This document shows positions 13,901-26,300 of a stretch of DNA of 64,000 nt, piece after piece (position 1 is the first letter of the stretch; each line of letters opens with the position of its first letter). This DNA is from Sphaerodactylus townsendi (lineage: Eukaryota). The notes beneath the pieces are model-generated. The model ran no database searches, had not been told where the DNA came from, and saw nothing but the letters and a program-made list of their open reading frames with translations. The stretch covers positions 64,852,001 to 64,916,000 of the forward strand of contig NC_059432.1 of NCBI RefSeq assembly GCF_021028975.2, written 5' to 3'. The position numbers and the translations under genes were made by a program.

Positions 13901-16900
13901 TTCTAGATTCCACAATTATTCAGGCCCACTATTCCCTGGGGGAATCATTTCACGGACAATAGATGTTTTTCAAGTAAATGACACCAAACTTGCAGTACAG
14001 CTGGGGTTGCCTGTCTGCTTTAGAACCCCACAGTTTCCAACTGGGCCAAAGCATCCAACTCCTTTGATTTTTAAGTGGTAAAGTAATGTGGAATCAGATC
14101 TCCATACTGCAACAACTTTTCATTGACCCCCCCGCCCCCCGCTGTTGTACCTCCAGCCTTCTCGATCTCTTGCACACAGAACTTTGCAGTTGAGGATGCT
14201 GCTGGATGATGCGAGGGAGCCCCATCTCCAAACAGGAATTCACTGCCTCTCAGGATGGAGCAAACACCTTGCTGGGCAGCCTTGCGGACCTGTAGGAGAG
14301 AGGAACATGAGAGGACTATGAGCTGGGATGTCACATCCCCCAAATTCACCACCCATATATTGAAAGTGTGAGCTTGGATCTACTGGACATTTTCCATGGG
14401 TGGAAAAATGTCCACACTGGCAGCACAACTTCCTCCCTTTCCCACTCCCAATACAGCCCCCCAAGCCCCCCCCCCCCGACTGCCCTGTTGCTCCTGGTTC
14501 CACAGGAGCACCATTTTGGGCTGTAGTGGGAAAGTCATACACCTATGTTGCTCTGGTGGATTCAAGCCATTTTATGTAACTAGGAGTGACAAACAGAATG
14601 CTTGTTTACAAAGAAATTTACCAGAGTGAGTAGAATGCGTTGCGCCCTCCTGGAGGCTCTGCAAGCATCTCCAGCAACTCACCTTGGGCTTGGCATGGAC
14701 AGTAAAGCTGAGAAGGCCATGGAAAACTTGCATCGTAACCGGGTAGTTCCAAGCTTCTAGGTTTTGTCTCCGCAGCAATGTGGCTAAGCAGGAGAGCACC
14801 TGGCAGGAAGGAGATAGAATAAGGATTGATGTGGTATTAACAATATCAGTTATATCCCAGTAAATGATAAAGACTAAAAAATACTTCCGCTGCTGGTAGT
14901 TCTCAGCAAGGAGATCAGTTGCTGAGCAAGTAGTAGAAAAGCATCCTGTATTTTTAGCCAACAATGGCATAACCTGAATTCCAACAGTGCTCTGCATGCT
15001 TTGTTCAAGGAAAAACAACAACAACCTGGGAAGCTGGGGAAAATGGCCCCTGAGCAATGAAACTTCAGATGCACATCACATTTCTAAATGAGGTCCACCA
15101 ATCATGACAGGTCCCCCACCCCGCAAATACATATCCTCATTTTGCCACACAATTAGGCCCCTTTTGGAACACTTACCCAGCGCAAGGCCAAGGTAGAGCT
15201 TCCACAGGCTTGGGAGCTCAAGATCCCCATGAATGCCTTGGAGGTATCAGAGAACTTCTTGATAAGCACAGGACCTGGGACTCTTTTAGGGATGCAGAAA
15301 ATGGAAGAGGGCAGTGTAAGAAATAATAACAACCCTTTCCACTACCCTTTCAGTACTCACTTTCTACTGCATCTAGGTTGAGTGACTGGCATCCTGTACT
15401 TCTATGCTCCCAAACCTTTGATCATTCACTTGTCCTTTAGATAGTCCACAGGGACTATCAAAGTGTAGGACAGCAAGATTGACACTTGAAACACCATGTA
15501 CAGTTTTTCTCAGTCCTTTTAAAACAGTATATAATGTAATGCAAGATATATAATGAAGCGGCTACAATGATCAAGGACACAAATCACATTTCATACAAGG
15601 AATGATGGAAAAAATGCTGTACTGAAAGTTGCTCCGGAATCTTATTATTTTGAAAGCACTCAAACAACATGGTAGCCAATAAAAGTTGAAAGGAAATTCA
15701 TTTATCTTGTTGACCCATTGCAACAAGATTAAATGGATTTAAACAGGACCAAACAAATTCAATGGCAGGCAGCCCATCCACAAAGTGAGGTGGCCCGCCA
15801 TGGTAGTGTAAGTATGAATCCTGGCCTGCCAGCCTAGCATGCTGAGAGAGAGCCGACTAACGCTGCTACGTCAGCAGCGGGGGCTGGGGAACTGGCATAG
15901 TGCTTAGCACTGCATTCCAGTGCCTGGGACAGCTGCATGGTGCCAAATTTTCCTCTTCACTAAGGCAAGTGTCCCAGGTACGGCAAATGTACCAGCATGC
16001 CACCCTTAAAGTGGATCCCCTGCCCGCTTTAGATGGGGTTATAAATCTTCTTTTCAAGCCTGAGGGAGTCTTGTTTCTAGAAATAATTAACAGAGGTGGG
16101 GGTTTTATTACTACCTCCAAGTTATTCTATACTTTCTCTAAAGCATCCTGATTGTCGGTCACTAGTCTGGGCCAGGAACACTCTTCTCAGATTCTTAAAA
16201 CTTACCGCTTCAGCACCAGATTAAGCAAATAAGCTACAGCAGCCATGGATTCAGGAGATTCAACTGCTTCTAGAGTTGTCATCTGTGGAAAAATAGTATG
16301 GTGGAATGAAGCTGTAACAGAAATCTGAAAACTTGCTAAGGCTCAATAATGTCACTTAGAGTCTGGGATCTTAGACCCCTAGAGACTGCATTAGCAAGAG
16401 CTATTTATTTCCATTCTACACTGGACAATCCTAGTAGACTTAATCCCTTTCAGACAAAGGACAGTCTGGTTTGGACCACACTATCGGTTTGTCATAGAAG
16501 TTTAGAGTCATTACCAGATGCTCCATGGAGGTAGGATGATATTGTATGTGGTTCTGATTGGTAAAAGCAGCCTCTGACACCAGAGATGGGGATTTGCATG
16601 GGATTGGAGAAATCCACTTGTCATTCTTAGAAAGGAGGCTGGTTTAAATCCAGCTCCATTTAGCATAAATATCTGGACTTTTGGGATATGCTTTCGTCTT
16701 CAGTGGAATTAGGGTCCACAAGAAGCTTGGTAAGGATTAAGGACTCCTTCAACTTGTTGTTTGCACAAGGAACTCTGCTCATGCTCCAAGGAACAAGCTG
16801 CAATCTAGGTAAAGTGTTTAGCTTACTTAGTTCAACTATATTGCTTTTCATTTGTTCCTGAGTGCTTCTCCCTGTTATTTTGCCTTTCACCCTTTTTTGA

Positions 16901-19900
16901 ATCCAGCCACCCATTCCCTTTAGTTACCAGGGTACTTTCCAGGGACCCCTTGGTCTAAGTGCGTTTCCCAGGGGGGAATTGCAGCATTTTCTCCTTCCTA
17001 CCGTAACAGAGGAAACTAGGCAGCAGATCAGGCACCCTGTACTCCATGCTGCACAAAGGTGAAATGTATAATCTCCTCCATACAAAACTTTGTCATTAAT
17101 CCCCCTCTCTGATTTCTCCACTAGTAGTATGAGACTAGAAAACAATTTGCAGAGCATGGGCCCAGTTGTTCCAACATGTACATGGTAACAGGAATGCACA
17201 GATGGCAACTATTATCACCCTTCTCAGAAGAAGACAACAGGAGACCAATGAAGTTCACACATTTTTCTTGATGGAAAGAGAACTTTCCTTCTCCACACGT
17301 ACCCACTGGAGTGTTAACATGGGATTACCCACGGTCCTGTGATCACAGCAACTGAATTAAACCATGCTTCAGTGTATGATCGCCATTCATCTTCCTTGAC
17401 ACTCACCAGTGCACCAAAATATTCTGTCTCACTCTCGGTGCCGCCCTGCGCTCGGATAACTTCTGTGACAGCAGCCAACACAGCACAGATCTTGAAAAAC
17501 AAGACAAAAACATTATTGCCTGGCTTGATAAGGAAAATTTACTTGGTAATGAACAAGCTGGTTTTCACAAAAGCCATTCAACTATGGATTATTGCATGGT
17601 CTTAGACTACCTAATTCAGAAATATGTGCATGTTAATAAGGGTTCTCTCTTTGCAGCTTTTGTTGATTTCAAAGCGGCCTTTGATAACATCCCACGTAAT
17701 AGATTACGGGCTAAGTTAGCTGAGGCCAACATTGACAGATACCTCCTTTATTTGTTAAAATGCATGATAGTACTTCCCTACGAGTAAGATACATGCATGA
17801 AGAGCACTTAGTCACGGGTCTAGACAATGTGGACTAGACAATGCTACTATTAGATGGATTTGTAATTGGCTGACTGACCAAACTCAAAGGGTGCCCATCT
17901 TCATCCTGGAGAGAAGTGACTAGTGGGGTGCTACAGGGTTCTGTCTTGGGCCCAGTGCTATTCAAAAATTTTATCAACGACTCGGATGATGGCATAGAGG
18001 GCATGCTAATCAAATTTGCAGATGACACCAAAATAGGAGGGATAGCTAATACCCCAGAGGACCGAGTCAGAATTCAAAATGACCTGGACAGATTAGAGAG
18101 CTGGGCCAAAACAAACAAAATTAATTTCAACAGAGATAAATGTAAGATGCTACACTTAGGCAGAAAAAAATGAAATGAACAGATATAAGATGTGTGACAT
18201 CTGGCTTGACAACACTACATGCAAAAGTAGACCACAAACAGAACAAGAGTCAGAAGTGATGCAGTGGCCAAGAAAGTCAATGCAATTCTGGGCTGTATCA
18301 ATAGGAGTATAGTGTCTAGATCAAGGGATGTAATTGTACCCCTCTATTCTGCATTAGTTAGACCTCACCTGGAATATTGTATACAGTTCTGGGCACCGCA
18401 ATTCAAGAAGAATATTGACAAGCTAGAATGGGTCAAGAGGGCACCAAAATGGTAAAAGGTCTGGAATCCATGACCTACGAGAGAGGCTTAGGGAGCTGGA
18501 TATGTTTAGTTTGGTGAAGAAAAGGTTAAGAGGTGACATGATAGTCATGTTTAGATGTTTGAAGGGATGTCATGTTGGTGAGGGAACAAGCTTGTTTTCT
18601 GCTGCTCCAGAGACTAGGACCAGGAGTAATGAGTTCAAGGTGAAGGAAAAGAGATTCTACCTAAACATGAGGAAAAACTTCCTGACAGTAAGGGCTGTTT
18701 GACAGTGGAATGTACTACTTCGAAGTGTGGTGGAGTCTCCCTCTTTGGAGGTTTTTTAAGAGAGGCTAGATGGCCATCTGTCAGGAGTGCTTTGATTGAT
18801 TGTTCCTGCATGGCAGGGGGTTGGACTTGCTGTCCTTGGGGTCTCTTCCAACTCTATGATTCTATTATTCTAACACCATACCAATCCCTGTGACTGTTTC
18901 CTTACTACAATCTAGTACAAAAAAAATATTCAGAAGGTGGTACCCAAGCAGAGGCTTGACAGAGCTACTCCTTACCATCCCTCAGCTGACAGCACACTGC
19001 TAAATTGTCAGTGTCATTGCCTCTCACTTCTGCCTATTCCTTCCTTTACTAAAGTGATACCTCTTTGTGAGCAGCAGAATTAGACTCCCAGAGACGCTGC
19101 ACTCTGCCGAAGGTGAGGTTGGTGCAGTCGCTCAGACCACTCAAGAAGGTGGCTGAAGATTTGTGGGTCTTCGTTTCTGCATTGTTATCATCTTCCATGC
19201 AGGTCTGGGTACCCTCTGCATCCCGAAAAGGAGGAAGTGGTCCTGATGACTGAAGCTCATTATGCAGTTTCAGTGCATCCACAGTCAGATCACTGTTTTC
19301 TGTAAAAGGAAGACAGACCATCAGTCAACTCTTGTCATGATAAAGACATCACACTGGATCTCTACAAGGCTGGAGTCCTTGTATGCCAGGACCAGGGTGG
19401 CCAGTAACCAGTCAAACAGTCCCCAAGTAACCCTGAGAGAAACTGCCTTTGCTATAGACCTCATAAACCAGTCACTCCTCATCCATAGCAAAAACAAAAT
19501 GTCATGTTCATTAGAAACAAATACATTTCTCTCCTTTTACTGTCCTGACCCTTTCACTGTGGGCCAGAGCACAGAGAGAACCACCAGACTCATCATGACA
19601 GAGCAAGCACAAAGGCTTCATTTTAGTCAGCCAAGATATCTATTCTTAACACCATAGTTCAGCAACATGGGGTACAAAATAAATGTGAACACATTCCAGC
19701 ACAAATAGAATTATTTCTCCTCTGCTCCATCCTGAATTGGCACACTTTCTGGTAGTATGAGCTCAGCTTGTCCCTAAACATATGAGCCATAGCACTTCCC
19801 CTGTTACCATACATATGTAACATTCTCCCATCAGTTTCTGTAATCACTGGAGCATAAAAGTAACCTGCATATGTATCTCAGAATTTGTTTGAGAGACCAG

Positions 19901-20640
19901 GCTCTGAGAGTTTGCCTTAACAGCTTGACAGAGTAGCTCAAAGATCCAGTAGTCAGCCTTACTTCACATGGGCTAAAACTCGAGGGGACGACCATCCTAT
20001 ATGGATCACACAATACACCTGGTAATGTCTTTCTACCACTGCAGGACCACAATATCTATAAATGTCTTTCTATGAAGACCACTGTGCCAGTAACTAAATC
20101 ACCACCAACTTTGCAAATACCAATTCCAAAAACAGTCCTATTAAAAAAACCTAGGAAGAAGTGGCTACAGAGAACTACTGCCCCAGTATGAATAGGCCAG
20201 ATCCTGGATTTACAGGGTTTTAAACACACATTTAACGAACTCAGGATGACGTAGATTATAATAACCAAACAGCCCTTTAGGATAAGATAGATAATAGGTT
20301 CAGGGTGAGCCAGTACGATTTAGAAGAAAACGGGATTCGGAGCCAAGCCTGTACCACGGGAGGGGGGGTGTCTCACCACATTAAATGCGGGCACGGAGGC
20401 AGGGCGGACCCAAAACTCTCCCTGCTACCCAAACAACTCTTGCCAGAAATCTGTTCTGCGTTCGACATCCACGCTCAGTCCCCTTATCCTAACTCACAGA
20501 CCTGATCGAGGAGCAAGAAGACGACCACGAGCTGCCAGGCGGTAGCGCCGCTCCTCCGGGTTGCTGTCGCTGCTGTGCCCTTTGCGCCAACGCTTGAGTT
20601 TGCTGGCAGAGCCAGAGCGCAACTTCCCCGAACGGCCCAT
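1929..20640 (-). CDS. RRP12: Ribosomal RNA processing 12 homolog (HEAT-repeat 40S biogenesis/export factor), coding exons 1-26; 3' exons lie beyond the left edge
   Basis: ATG at 20640 gives [28 protein letters not shown], matching the vertebrate RRP12 N-terminus. Exons, all GT-AG and frame-consistent, 3062 nt in total: 20502-20640, 19061-19299, 17407-17490, 16206-16282, 15177-15282, 14683-14799, 14151-14289, 12653-12780, 12267-12365, 12088-12179, 11883-11994, 11217-11317, 10980-11094, 10162-10304, 9364-9485, 7912-7976, 7635-7797, 7031-7185, 6822-6889, 6529-6622, 5474-5632, 5251-5331, 4494-4599, 3245-3352, 2422-2579, 1929-2020. Diagnostic peptides: [59 protein letters not shown]. Confidence 0.97.
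2709..2751 (-). ncRNA. Minimal type I hammerhead ribozyme motif (PLE-associated), sense to RRP12 pre-mRNA
   Basis: Minus strand reads tcct-CTGAAGA-t-gcc-agccacagatgca-ggc-GAAA-c-GTC-agga: helix I tcct/agga, helix II gcc/ggc, palindromic ACGT in place of helix III, GUC cleavage triplet. Confidence 0.8.
2833..2875 (+). ncRNA. Minimal type I hammerhead ribozyme motif (PLE-associated)
   Basis: tcct-CTGAAGA(2837-2843)-t-gcc...ggc-GAAA(2864-2867)-c-GTC-agga; predicted cleavage after 2871. Confidence 0.8.
4658..4805. mobile_element. 148-bp palindromic hAT (Charlie-type) MITE
   Basis: Terminal inverted repeats CAGGGGTAGGGAACCTGC; near-perfect hairpin centred on ggccaattggcc; 8-bp TSD gcctagaa. Confidence 0.92.
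8936..9064. mobile_element. Related, older palindromic hAT MITE
   Basis: CAGGGGTGTCC...GGACACCCCTG termini; 8-bp TSD gcttacag. Confidence 0.85.
11495..11835. mobile_element. Tc1/mariner-superfamily (pogo/Tc2-like) non-autonomous element
   Basis: TIR ccatgtttccccgaaaataagac / gtcttattttcggggaaacacgg with TA TSD; an extra internal TIR-like copy ends at 11597. Confidence 0.85.
12830..13430 (-). mobile_element. Old L2 LINE fragment; similar remnant at ~10480-10880 (-)
   Basis: Degenerate peptide [35 protein letters not shown]. Confidence 0.65.
17521..17787 (+). mobile_element. Non-CR1 LINE reverse-transcriptase fragment (RTE/RTE-X-like)
   Basis: Open frame [21 protein letters not shown]...[20 protein letters not shown], matching the early non-LTR RT motifs. 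Confidence 0.7.
17800..18872 (+). mobile_element. 5'-truncated CR1 LINE (degenerate ORF2 RT and 3' UTR), antisense in RRP12 intron 2
   Basis: Peptides [35 protein letters not shown]; 3' tail ttccaactctatgattctattattcta. Confidence 0.92.
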
Positions 20641-20780
20641 CCCGACCGGCTTCGGCCAGAAGGTAACCACGTGCAGCCTTCCTCTTCCTTGCTGCAGAAC
20701 TAATTCCGGGTCTCTAGTTCCACGGGCATTGCAACTTCCGGTCTCCTTGCACAGCTGGGAGCTTGGCGACCTTTCTTTTT
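20330..20780 (-). promoter_or_regulatory. RRP12 CpG-island promoter and exon 1
   Basis: CpG-rich; ETS/GABP motif ACCGGAAGTTG (20732-20742, -) ~90 nt upstream of the ATG. Confidence 0.7.
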
Positions 20781-22778
20781 CTCTACAGTACTATGATTAT
20801 TATATTACTTTTGGTTAAAATTCTGCTTGTAATATAGCCATAAGTTCTGCTTCCTCTCGCTTTCAACTGCCTACGGCTTATTCTGAGTGGACAACAACTT
20901 TCAAAGCACAGTAAAGATATGAGGTCCTGAAAATTAAGAATTAAGTATTGCGGCACCTTAGAGTGGGTGCACTGTATCTTAAGCTTTGGTCCGTCGTCAG
21001 ATCTTAAGCGTCCGTCGTTAGATAATACAGGAGAACTTAAATACAGAAATATCACATGTAAACTTGCACAGAGAGCTTAAAGGGTCCTGAACTGCTCCGT
21101 CAACAACATTCCGGTGCAAAACTCTCCCAGTAATATTCACATCTTTTCCACGCTATGTGCGTGCATACTCATATGAACCAACGGAGTTTTCTCTTAGTTC
21201 ATCTGAAAGTTTATGCTAAAATAAATAAGTTTTTAAGGGGTTGCAAATGCGGCAATAAACATGCGGCTAGCCAATGATTTTTGTCAGGACCTCTCTTCTA
21301 GAACTTGCTAGAATGTTTGAAGCTTTTTCACTACAATAACAAGGAGCATCTAACTTCCTTAAGTATTTTCATCACTCTTGCCCATAAATGGGGAATTCTA
21401 TCGCCTACAGTCGAAGACATAAACATCGACGGCAAAATCTTCAGAATCGTAGTAACTTGAGGGAATTTTGTAGGAATTTTACAACCGGAAATTTTGCACT
21501 TTTCCCTAACTCGGTGACTGATGCCAGAAATGAAGCACACAGACGCCCTGTGCAGGAACGCTGCTACAAAGAAATACGAAAAACGGAAGTTGCATACAGT
21601 CCTACATTCCAGGTTTCCATTTGAACCTTACCCCACACTTAAGGCCACAACACGAGGATCACAACTGGGAGGAGTTACTTTCTTAACCCTAATTTCTTGG
21701 TTCTCTTCCCCAGTTTCTCTGGCATTGGCTGCCACACACATGAGAGCATTCATTGGCTACCAGCACATGCGTTGGATTCTTGTTTTACTAGGCAATCCTA
21801 TGCAGATTTATTTGAGGAGAATAAATCCGGTGGAATACAATTTCCAGATGGCCAGGGAGGAGGTATTGGTCCACTGCAACCAAAACTACAGGAAATGGGG
21901 AGGGTGTATCGTGAAGACTCTGTGTGTTACCTGACATCAAGTCGCTTTTGACTGATGGAAACCTTAGTTCTATCAGGCTTGCTTCAGGCTTGCAAACTGA
22001 AGACCCTGGCTTCCTTTATTGATTCAGTCTTCCCATCCATCTTAAAGACTAACCAATTTATTATGGTAGAAGCTTTTGTGAGACAAAACAGATCTATTTA
22101 AAAGTAGGTGCTAATTTATTCAAATAACCTTACTCCCAGGAATGTGTTCTTAGGATAGGGGCACTACAATCCTAAGGGCCGCCTACACTGTAGTGGTTGG
22201 CCACCAGTGTAACTGTAGTGGCACTAGTCTGCTCCCTGAAGGGTTTGGTTAGTGAGCGTTGCTGGAAAAAGAGTTCATAGCTGGATTTTTGAGGCTGCAA
22301 CTTCATCAGTATGTTACCATACTGCCCTGACATAGCTGAGGGGAGGGGGGAGTGCTTATTCATAGGTACCCCTGCCCACGTGCCAGCCTAAAGGGTGATG
22401 CTGGTGTTGCAGAGATGGGGAGTCCATTCTCTGGCAATTGCCAGGTCTACCTACAAGAAGCTTCCAAGAATTGTTTTTCTGTTCTCACGCTCTCAGCTTG
22501 TTTGCCATACCAGCACATTTTCAGCTGTACAGCCAAGGAAGAATGTGTTCTCAACATGATACAGTAGTACTGCTGAATAGATACTCGGTTTCAGCCACAA
22601 GAAGACTCCTGATGTCATTGCCTCCCCTGATTATCTTAACCTAGATACTCCCTTCTGTAACTAACTTATTTTGACCACCTTACAATACACTTGATTGTTT
22701 CTCAAACAGTCCATCCGGACATCTCCCAGAGGTTGTCCTAACATCCCCAGAGGTGGTTCTTCGCCCTATAAAGATACT

Positions 22779-23305
22779 ATTTATTTATTTTTATTTATTT
22801 ATTTCTTAAATTTATATACCGCCCGATCCCCGAAGGGCTCCGGGCGGTGAACAACATTATTTGAACATCAACAGGAGCGGTCATACAAATATAAATACAT
22901 AAGCTCCATCCCATAAAATAGCTTAAAACTCATAAAAACAGCGAATAACCATAATACATAATAACAACAAGAGGCGTCCAACCCCAATTTAAAACCTTCC
23001 CCCATGAGGGGGGGGCGGTGGGGCCCCTCAATATGAGGGGACCCTGATGTAACTGTCCCAGGCACAGAGCAGTGAGGGGGCACCGTTCAGCAGCTGGACA
23101 CTCCAAAGGCCCGGTGGAACAACACAGTCTTGCAGGCCCTGCGGAACTCACCCAGGTCCCGCAGGGCCCGGACAGCTGGAGGAAGGGTGTTCCACCAGGC
23201 CGGGGCCAGTGCCGTAAACGTCCTGGCCCGTGTGGAGGCCAGCCGCATCATAGAGGGGCCGGGGATCACCAGTAGGTTGGCCTCTGCAGAACGCAGGGGC
23301 CGAAT
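22779..23305 (-). mobile_element. L2-clade LINE 3' fragment
   Basis: ORF2 C-terminus RTFTALAPAWWNTLP...FRRACKTVLFHRAF; 3' stem-loop ccgcccggagcccttcggggatcgggcgg and (TAAA)n tail. Confidence 0.85.
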
Positions 23306-26300
23306 ACTACCCTCTAAAGGGTCAACTGTCCCGTGCCACTGACACCTTTCCATCTTTGTTGCTGTGTCCAACGCATTGCTCCCTGGAACCAAACACTGGC
23401 CGTTTTGCTCTGAACCCTGGATCCTCTTCATGTCGTGATCAGGTCGTATTACCCATATATCCCATACCCTCTCTATTCCAAATCTATTTTCCAACCTATC
23501 TATATCTTAGGAACTATGTGTGTACATATTTCCTGCATTGAACAAAATGATTGTAAACCCCTTATCCCTACAATAAAGATTGTCAAATTTGCATTATATC
23601 CTTCTCTGTGGGTTTTCTTCCAAGAGCTGATCTTCATATACACTGGTATTAAAAGATTCCTCAACCAGCCTCTCGCAACATTAATAAGCAGTTTGTTCTA
23701 AGTGAATATTCCCCATATTATTGAGAGACTGTATTTCTAATCTGGGCAACAAACTTCCGTAGCAACAATACTGAAGTGTCCCATGAGGGGCGGGTTGTGT
23801 TGCAATGGATGGGCCTTTATAGCTAGGGCGGGCAGAAATGGGCTGTAGGGAAAGCATAGCCAAGCACTTGTCACAGTCCAGGGCAGGAAAACACACATGC
23901 ACTCTTAAAGGAACTGAGTCCAGCTGACAGAGTTGGCAAGAGACTCAGCAATCCCTCTCCCATGGAGGCCCCAAGCAGGCTCTCACCTCACATGGTGCAA
24001 ATGGTGCCCTCACCTCAGAAGTAGCACAGAGAGATGTTGAGGACAGTTCATGCATTCATGGGTGTCCTATACTCACTGGGAGCCATGCCACCAGCAGCCC
24101 AGCCATGCTGCTGAGGGCACTCCCAGGCCACCCTTGTTGGGGGTGAAGCAGAAGTGGGAATCGCTGGGGCAGAGAGTCCTGCAGGGACTTGCTGCACTAC
24201 TGACACATCTCCCAACAACCTCTCAATGCACACCTGTCAATCCCTGGTGTCCCTCACAACAGCAAGGAGCCCCCCAGTAGCTTGGCAGTCACAATCACAG
24301 ATGCTGCCAGCCTTTCCAAGCAATGATGACCCTTGGAGACAGCATCCTGCCACTCGTAACAGATCTCCAGCTGCTCCTAATTGATTGCTGCTCTAGTGGC
24401 AGTGAGGGTAGGTGGGATGAGCTGAGTTGAGCTAGCAACAGAGGCCCAGGCAAGGAATCAGTGTCTCTCACATCACTGGGGACACCAGTGGCCAAATCAC
24501 CCGGCTCCGGAGGTTGCTGCCCCACCTCTTCCACCTCTACCTTCGCTGTTTTCTGCTGCCCCCATTCCATCACCTTCTCCACGCACTGTGTGGCTCCACT
24601 CTCAGCTGCTGGCCCTGGGGATCCCATGATGCCGAGTGTCTGCAGGATAGCTGGTCCAGCCACTGCAGCTCATCTCATGGGGGGTCTGGACACTTTGATC
24701 CACCTCCCCATTGCTGAATTCCATCTCCTCCTGGCTTGGCGCAGGGGACAGAGACCTGGGTCATCACTATTCAAGAGGTCAAGGGCCACTGAGTAAATTG
24801 GTTTGAAGGTCATCTGAGAGAAATATGGGGTATAAATCTTTAAACTAAGAAATGGGTAACTATTAGTTTTAGCTGTTTCTGGAGTTCTTCACCGAATAGC
24901 AAAGCAGATGGTTCTTGGGGACATCTTGATAAAATGTTTAATGACTCATTCAGAATGGAATATCAAAGCAGGTCCTCCTACTATATCACTTTTGCTTTAT
25001 TACTTTTATTTATATATATATATATATTTGATTTGGTAAACCGCCCTACCCCCAAAGGGCTCAGGGCTGTGTACAAACATAACAATCAATACAATGTAAT
25101 TAAGAACACAAATATAATAATCCCAATTAAAACAATCAATACAATACAATACAACAGTAGCAGTAATAACCCATCCATAACTAACTAAATAGACAACGTC
25201 CGGTAGTGAAGTGAAGGCTAGCAAACTGTTGGCAGAGGTGGTAAATTTTGGAATTAAATTTGAAGGAGTGTGTCTGTGGGAAGGGTCACTCTGAAGATCC
25301 TGTGTAAAATGGAAGGACAGACTATGAATGTTTAAAATAAATTAATATCCTAACCCTTTCCTATTATTAAAAAAAGGACTTTGATAATTTTGTGTATTTT
25401 TCCCATTTATCCAAAAACAAACTATAAAAAATAAACTAGATGAGGACCTGTATATGTTATAAAGGAGCAGAGAGATGCTTGTAGAATGCAAGGTCTCTTG
25501 ACAAGGAAGATAACATAAGTTTTTGAGGAAATGGCAAGGGTCAAGCCATGTCCCAAGAAGTACAGAATGTGTCTACTCTTGCTCTAAGGTTTGTTTGTTA
25601 TAATCTTTGTTACAACCTTCCAGAGGCTGACCTGACATTTCAAAATTTATTATCAGGGTCTAACGTGCTTAGCTGCCTCTAGAAGTCTTCATATTCAGCA
25701 ATGCACATATTTAGGGAAATCTCTCTATAACAGGTGTTCAACAGGTAGCTCACCAACTGCTGCAGCATAGATATTACATGTGCTAGAAAACCCTGGAGAA
25801 GATTGTACAAAAATATGTTCTAGTCTTTATTTTAAAGTTCTTCATAGGATATTTTCACTGCTTTTTAGCTGCTGGTTTCACTTCTAGCCCACTTTCAGTT
25901 TCTAAGACAGAACAAAGCTTGGTAGCATGCCGGGTGGTAGAAATTTGGCATACGGTACTCAGAAACAGTTCTGATGAAAGAAAAGGCTGGCGACCCTTCC
26001 TCTATAGTACTAAGATTGTGGAATCTTAGGAGGCAGCTAGCTTCCTACATGCCTCTCTACCCATACTTTTACAGCATATCCATATCAAGAAAAAACGCTA
26101 GTCCTGAGAAGCAACATCAGTGTGAGGCTTTGATCTCCTGTTGTTGGCCTTCTAGGCAGCAGGTTGTCCACTGTGTGAAATAGGATGCTGGACTAGGTGG
26201 ACTATTGATAAGATCTAGCAGTGCACCTCATATGTATCATGTTCTTGACAAACATAATTTGCAGCTTCCTATTTTATGAAGAATACCTTGATAAATGCAG

